Shown here: in pieces, positions 59,301 to 63,462 of the stretch
How the letters are laid out: each line of letters begins with the position of its first letter
Numbering within the stretch: position 1 is the first letter of the stretch
Source of the DNA: Phoronis australis
Taxonomy: Eukaryota; Animalia; Phoronida
NCBI GenBank assembly: GCA_002633005.1
Contig: NMRA01000101.1
Coordinates: 62,539-126,000 of the forward strand
DNA: 63,462 bases
Direction: 5' to 3'
The notes under the pieces: generated by a model
Database searches by the model: none
What the model was told of the DNA's origin: nothing
Seen by the model: only the letters and a program-made list of their open reading frames with translations
Made by a program: the position numbers and the translations under genes

Positions 59301-60775
59301 CCCCCAGTCACTTTGTTATTTTATATAGTATAGTTTGCCAGACACCATGGTTTTTGAATTTGTACTAACTTGTCTCATTTATCGGGGCTGTTAGTCCACT
59401 AACTGTTATTTAGGTAGGGAGGGAGAAGTAGTTTGTTTTTAGTTTCTTTTTCATATTCACTCATCAGTTTTTTCCAATTAGTTTGTTTAGCAATTTTAGG
59501 GAGGGGAGGAGTGTTGTGAACGTAGGTAGGTATTTGTTGACTTGTCTTGATGTCGTCTGTCTTTGTTCGTCTGAGTGTTCATGGTGGACCGGATGTAGAA
59601 CATAGATTGTATCACATGACTGGGGAACTGCTGGACCTGGCGTGAGTTCAGTAGACGCTAGGACCTACGCTAGAACCTAACTAAAACCTAGTCAAAGTCA
59701 CGTGATCTCATTTAAAATACACGGCAATATCTCATGTAATCTCGCGACGCCTTGCTTTTTAGCGAGGTCCTAGCGTTACTGAACGGGAGGCTGGGCTTTC
59801 TCTAGGCTGTCGTCCCAAAGTCAGAAGACAAGTAAAGGAATGGACAAGGGTGAGTTGCAGACCTTCTAGTCACATTGGTCTCCTTGTATCAATAGTCTGT
59901 TTTATTCTTAGTAAAATACATTAATTTACATTTTAAATAAATTTGCATTGTATCTTATTGTGACTTGGAATAGTCACTGTCTGTGTACATACATGTGTTT
60001 CTGTATATTAGCTTGCGTGCAGTAATTTGTAGAGTTCAGAGGGGACAGCGGGAAGCTGAATTGAGGTAAGCCATTCAAGACTTATTCAAGTAGTTTTAGT
60101 AATACTAGCATCGTACTTAAAACTCGCAGGAGACAAGACGTATCCTACGGCTACACAGTCCTTACAGACTCGTATCTCGCATCATTAGTTCTTCAAGTGG
60201 TTTTGCTGTGTCAGGGACCAGTGTTTATCCAGTTGGGTAAGCTGACTTATAGTATGTAAGAATAAAGTGGTAAGGGTGGCTCACAACATCTCTCTCTTTC
60301 TTTCGTCCCATCTACTAATACCGGTAAGTATTTTACTCGTCTGAGTCGTCTCTGCCCGCAACATGCCATCTGGCATCTCATCAGATACAACAGAGATGTT
60401 CACAGGTCACATCTTGAACATCAACCTTACTCAGTAAACAAAGCACTAACACACACATTGTTTTGTTGTTATTTTCACAGTTTTGCACAGTTCAATTTAT
60501 CACTAACATGCGCCAACATGGATCGGTATTTCGATCGTTTGTTGAAAACTGGAAGAAGTCAGAAGAGAAGACCCATTTTGACTGGACAAGTTCGCCAGTT
60601 CAGTTTGCAAGTACAAGTTCGTGAGTGGAAAACTTACCTCGCTTACTGAAAGGATATCTATAAGACAGTTAGAATGCTTTTTGTCATTTAAAAAGTTTTT
60701 GGTAAGCTGCTTTAATCGAGTCAATAACTGTTTACTTTTAGTTTTCGAGACCACATTCTCAACGGGCATAGCCAT
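47187..60775 (-). CDS. NOC4L: Nucleolar complex protein 4 homolog (NOC4L; CBF/Mak21 domain, 40S biogenesis), 13 coding exons, 520 aa
   Basis: Exons 5'->3' on minus: 60775-60638, 56185-56068, 54078-53975, 53488-53384, 53138-53004, 52569-52461, 52126-51929, 51334-51274, 50777-50667, 50276-50113, 49415-49333, 48596-48483, 47309-47187. All introns are GT-AG with compatible phases; total 1563 nt. Diagnostic Noc4 peptides: GGAISLLALNGLFILV, DYPDFYTKLYALLEPSVFHVKYRARFF, LPAYLVAAFVKRLARL, DPYDMTETDPAKCNALQSSLWEL. Confidence 0.96.
48483..48596 (-). CDS. NOC4L: NOC4L coding exon 12
   Basis: ttgcag|TLQSHYYYSVSANAKRMDEGLPRTEIDISQFLELTSDE|gtaaga. Confidence 0.92.
49333..49415 (-). CDS. NOC4L: NOC4L coding exon 11
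   Basis: tttcag|LSDDPYDMTETDPAKCNALQSSLWELK|gtagat. Confidence 0.92.
50113..50276 (-). CDS. NOC4L: NOC4L coding exon 10
   Basis: ttttag|LLPAYLVAAFVKRLARLGLTAPP...NLLMRHPNCKVLLDRPDSSK|gtttgt. Confidence 0.92.
50667..50777 (-). CDS. NOC4L: NOC4L coding exon 9
   Basis: tttcag|DYPDFYTKLYALLEPSVFHVKYRARFFYLCDLFLSST|gtgagt. Confidence 0.93.
51274..51334 (-). CDS. NOC4L: NOC4L coding exon 8
   Basis: tttcag|GGAISLLALNGLFILVNKYNL|gtaagt. Confidence 0.93.
51929..52126 (-). CDS. NOC4L: NOC4L coding exon 7
   Basis: tgacag|ASIALKITAPRGLKRLFSTVWLKLL...PLLLSDFLTESYNV|gtgagt. Confidence 0.9.
52461..52569 (-). CDS. NOC4L: NOC4L coding exon 6
   Basis: ctacag|EPSQSYLNNMLTVLLTITMPTVSDSDVLNNFLSKAP|gtaatg. 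Confidence 0.87.
53004..53138 (-). CDS. NOC4L: NOC4L coding exon 5
   Basis: ccatag|SIVQCFLSCDRDMESLVGRFQEYSEFDDVRYYMLK...STQ|gtatgc. Confidence 0.9.
53384..53488 (-). CDS. NOC4L: NOC4L coding exon 4
   Basis: ttacag|EMALSTLMKFVSLEGHNPL...YFPSSFFK|gtttgc. Confidence 0.9.
53975..54078 (-). CDS. NOC4L: NOC4L coding exon 3
   Basis: ctgcag|DLTKNEQYTVWLRDRYSEAKQRLLEFMMWHQSPVQ|gtaagt. Confidence 0.9.
54364..54408 (-). ncRNA. Minimal type I hammerhead ribozyme in the Penelope pseudo-LTR
   Basis: CUU-CUGAUGA-UGGUGUUCAAAUGAAUGACAAC-GAAA-CAUG-UC-AAG: intact core, palindromic ACAUGU stem III, CUU/AAG stem I. Confidence 0.7.
55325..55369 (+). ncRNA. Mutated hammerhead copy in the second pseudo-LTR
   Basis: CUU-UUGAUGA-...-UGAAA-CAUG-UC-AAG; the core C3 is replaced by U. 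Confidence 0.5.
56068..56185 (-). CDS. NOC4L: NOC4L coding exon 2
   Basis: ttatag|TDDSQVAIGCVKAFHKIFTSLLKSDLLFLEKPPEDDKTA|gtactc; phase 0 to 1 fits neighbours. Confidence 0.82.
56806..57130 (+). mobile_element. CR1/L2-type LINE 3' fragment
   Basis: RIQRRADNFILNDHSRYSSVLSMLTTLKWSTLQ..RRAQNKLSFMYK..HNLVAIP, the typical ORF2 C-terminus. Confidence 0.7.
58321..58838 (+). pseudogene. TatD-family nuclease pseudogene inside the LTR element
   Basis: AIDSHC (IDxHCH motif), ILADHLPSTKRIHLHTFTGD, FSNCYFG, DRLLLETDAPHL, VAEVVAKHRG, RNPSRLYGL*; frameshifts, stops and loss of the central GEIGLD segment. Confidence 0.8.
59638..59793. mobile_element. Academ-like MITE inserted in the 3' LTR
   Basis: Absent from the 5' LTR; inverted ends GTTCAGTAGACGCTAGGACCTACGCTA / TAGCGAGGTCCTAGCGTTACTGAAC; right end AGGCT. 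Confidence 0.6.
60638..60775 (-). CDS. NOC4L: NOC4L coding exon 1
   Basis: MAMPVENVVSKTKSKQLLTRLKQLTKNFLNDKKHSNCLIDILSVSE|gtaagt. Confidence 0.82.
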
Positions 60776-60779
60776 GCTT

Positions 60780-60880
60780 CTTTTTGAACCAATCACACAC
60801 TCCGACTTATTTACCGCGTGGCCCACAGATAATCAGAGCATGCGCATACCACAAGCCGTAATATTCCGCCATTTTTTTGG
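60780..60880. promoter_or_regulatory. NOC4L proximal promoter, possibly bidirectional
   Basis: CCAAT about 60789, NRF1-like GCATGCGCA about 60838-60846 and YY1-like CCGCCATTTT about 60866-60875, directly upstream of the ATG. Confidence 0.5.
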
Positions 60881-61301
60881 CGCAGCGGTTTGGGTGTTGG
60901 ATGTGAACTGAAATTTCCTTGCAAAATCAAGAATATTTCTTTATTTGTTTTTATTGAATGTGTCAAAATGTGGTGATCATCTCCTTAGCTCGAGGGATTG
61001 AGGCTTTGAAGCAATGGATGGGTAGATTTTAGTGCTGATATTTGCGGCTCGAAATCGGTAAGTGCGCGAGTGAAAATTTCCTATTGTGCAAATGGCGCAC
61101 CTCGAGTTCGATGCATGGCCTAGTTTCTTGCATTAGTCACCCTGTCAGCAGGGAGCCGGTAAGATCTATTTTCGGAAAAATGCAGTGTCCGATTTGGCGA
61201 GCAGTAGACAATCCAATAGGTAGTTGTCATATTCTATTTTAATTTTAATCTATTGTGTACGCCGGAAGGTTTTGTGCAACTTTCGGTGCTCTGTTGAGAC
61301 C

Positions 61302-62549
61302 AGGCAATTACATCGCCCTCGATGCCGCAGGCATTCAGGGGCGATAGCACATCCCCACAAAAATTAGGAATTTCAAAGTACAGGAAATAAAATCAAAGGA
61401 AACAGGCATATATGCACATGGATTTATAATTGACACATTAGTCTGGAAACTATTCAGTTAAGATAATTTGAACAAATCGTTGAAATTCTGTCCCAGTTTG
61501 TTTTGAGTTTGTCTTACTGGGTGCCATTTTGAGGAAGTTAATTGAAATCACGCATGTTGACGAGTAAAAAGTCCAAGGGACACAAATGATACAAATTTCA
61601 CCTGATACCCGTCCCATGCTATTTTGCAACTGTTACATACCAGTCTCTTGCTAGCCTAACTTGTGTGACTGAGTTGAAATACTTTGTGGTTATCGTGCGT
61701 GCGAGGTGAAAAAGTTAACGGTGACCAAAAAGTGGAGTTGGAATTCTTTGCCAAAGTCACCTTAATTTTTGTAACTAAGTTTCATAGAAGATATGTGTAT
61801 AAGTAGAAAGGACCTCTCAAGAAAGTAAGCACTTTTTAAGTGATAGTTTTAAGTGTGGAATGTTATTTTTGATGAGGTGAAAACTCTTAATCGCTGACCG
61901 GATTTGGCCTACTGCCCGTTTAAAATATACGAGACGAAATTCATACAGAAAGCGTGTTGCCTAAGCTGAGACCATTGACTGAACGTCAAAACGCAGCTAG
62001 TAAACGATGTGAGTATAAATTAGTAATTTCAGTAAACTTCGTTTTGTTAGTTTGCCAAAACGGTATTTAAGGTCCTCTGCATCAACCTCTAGCACGTTCA
62101 CCTGAATTTAGTTTTTGCTTCCCTGATATTCGCTTGATGCCAACCTATTTTACCTAGTCCTAGCCAGTGTGGCTGTCTGGAGATGGACTATCGCGTGTTG
62201 GGCTCCAAGTAATTGTGTACAGTATGACGACATTAACCTACACACATGATTTTGGTATTCAATTCCTTGCAACGTTGTCTACCCTAAAATACATGAAAAT
62301 GTTCCCTACCGTGTTGTTGCCCTGATTTTGCATGCAACCCTGCTGATGGTTAGATCTACATGTTCATATAAGTTTCATGATGAAGTGACGAGAACAACTG
62401 CCCAGGCTGTGTGAAATTTTTGGGTCTAACGGAGCTTAACACGTAGTGGTACCTAGGCAACATTATAGCGAAGAATTCCAACTCCACTTTTTTGGTCATC
62501 GTACTATCACCCCTGTATGTCTGTGGCATTTATGGCGATATAATTGCCT
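61302..62549. mobile_element. TIR DNA transposon derivative (possibly PIF/Harbinger)
   Basis: About 48-bp imperfect TIR AGGCAATTA(C/T)ATCGCC..ATGCC.CAG.CAT.CAGGGG.GATAG; second internal inverted repeat about 61722-61752 versus 62468-62500; TSD unclear. Confidence 0.6.
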
Positions 62550-63227
62550 AAGTGGTACTTAGCTGTACTTTGACTATAGTTTTCATACAGCTAGTTCGCT
62601 GGCTAATACCTATCTTGTTCATTATGCCGCTTTTAAGTGTCTAAAAGTATCTCAAGTTTTATTAACAAAAATTGGCCATTTTTACAGTATTTCACATATT
62701 TCTAGCAGAATACCTTATCTTCATTCTCAGGTAACTGCAAATACGAAATATATACCATGTGGTGATTTAGCTGAACCACCTTGGTACTGCACAACCGCAT
62801 GGAAATTTGTTTACTACTTAATCTCTTGACATGAGAAATTAGTAGACAAGTGACTTCAACTGAAAGTTTCTTAGCTCCACGGACATGAGTATGACTACAA
62901 ACGTTCCCATGACCAGTGTGTCATGTCCTCTTAACACGCGTTTCTTGTTCTAACTTGTGGCATATTTTCGTTTTTGGGATGCCCCACAGAAAAGTGAAAA
63001 TAGTCACAGAGGTCATATATTAAGTTGTCACAACCAGTGCAATCGCAACACCACGGCATAAACCACCATGATCACTGCTAATATTGGGTGATTTTTCATG
63101 TTAAACTCAATGGAAAGTTACTAATGCTGTGGTTGGTTGTCCTGATTATATGTAGTATCCATCGACTGATAAATGCTCGTAGCTCGAGTTCAGCTAATTA
63201 TCATAAAATCAGATGTTTGTGGGTGTT

Positions 63228-63449
63228 CAGTGCTTGGAATTTTCTTGTTTTAAAGGAATATCCTATTATTTGATTTCTAGTTTACTCTTTTTTCGTCATG
63301 TTTTCACTTTATTCATGCAAAAACGTTTATTTCAATTAAATTGTACAACACAAAAAATATTTCTATTACGCAAGGCTGTTTTGTGGAACGATACATCATC
63401 TGGAATAATTTCTGGGGTTTTTTTTTGCAATTTGTTATTCCAAGCCCTG
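63228..63449. mobile_element. Short hAT-like MITE (ends related to 26215-27811)
   Basis: CAGTGCTTGGAAT...ATTCCAAGCCCTG flanked by GTGTT on both sides. Confidence 0.6.
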
Positions 63450-63462
63450 GTGTTATAAGTTG

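Larger units (their letters stand above)
57326..59872 (+). mobile_element. Non-autonomous LTR retroelement (Gypsy-like signals) in NOC4L intron 1
   Basis: LTRs 57326-57583 (TGATGT..ACAACA) and 59512-59872; PBS TGGCGTAGTTGGCAGGAT 57586-57603 (complementary to the tRNA-Ser 3' end); PPT AGGGAGGGGAGGAG just before the 3' LTR; candidate 4-bp TSD CATT. Confidence 0.88.

Noticed and set aside
60807-60872. Alternative NOC4L start at AAAATGGCGG
   Set aside because: That frame stops after 21 codons; better explained as a YY1-like motif or a uORF.

Overview
Eukaryotic (metazoan, probably marine invertebrate) genomic DNA from a draft assembly, with an N-gap at 11100-11496 and single Ns at 9324, 31055 and 43812. 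Two complete spliced genes could be rebuilt by hand from GT-AG sites and reading phase: APPBP2/PAT1 (+ strand, 12 coding exons, 10877-29985, 578 aa) and NOC4L (- strand, 13 coding exons, 60775-47187, 520 aa), arranged convergently. The rest is mostly transposon-derived: Kolobok, hAT, P, Tc1/mariner and Academ-like MITEs, Helentron-associated (HINE/DINE-like) elements, relics of Mutator-like, DUF6589-like, CACTA/EnSpm, BEL/Pao and CR1/L2 coding regions, a Penelope fragment with hammerhead-bearing inverted pseudo-LTRs, and a non-autonomous LTR element. The two most unusual observations are: (1) an intact, intronless, non-histone C4HC3 (PHD-type) zinc-finger ORF (4760-5077) followed directly by two tandem histone-mRNA 3' stem-loops and a purine-rich downstream element, all inside a 3.0-kb P-element derivative with a dead THAP domain; (2) an LTR element with a tRNA-Ser PBS and a PPT whose only recognisable cargo is a decayed TatD nuclease gene. 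All family assignments come from motifs recalled from memory; no database search was run.
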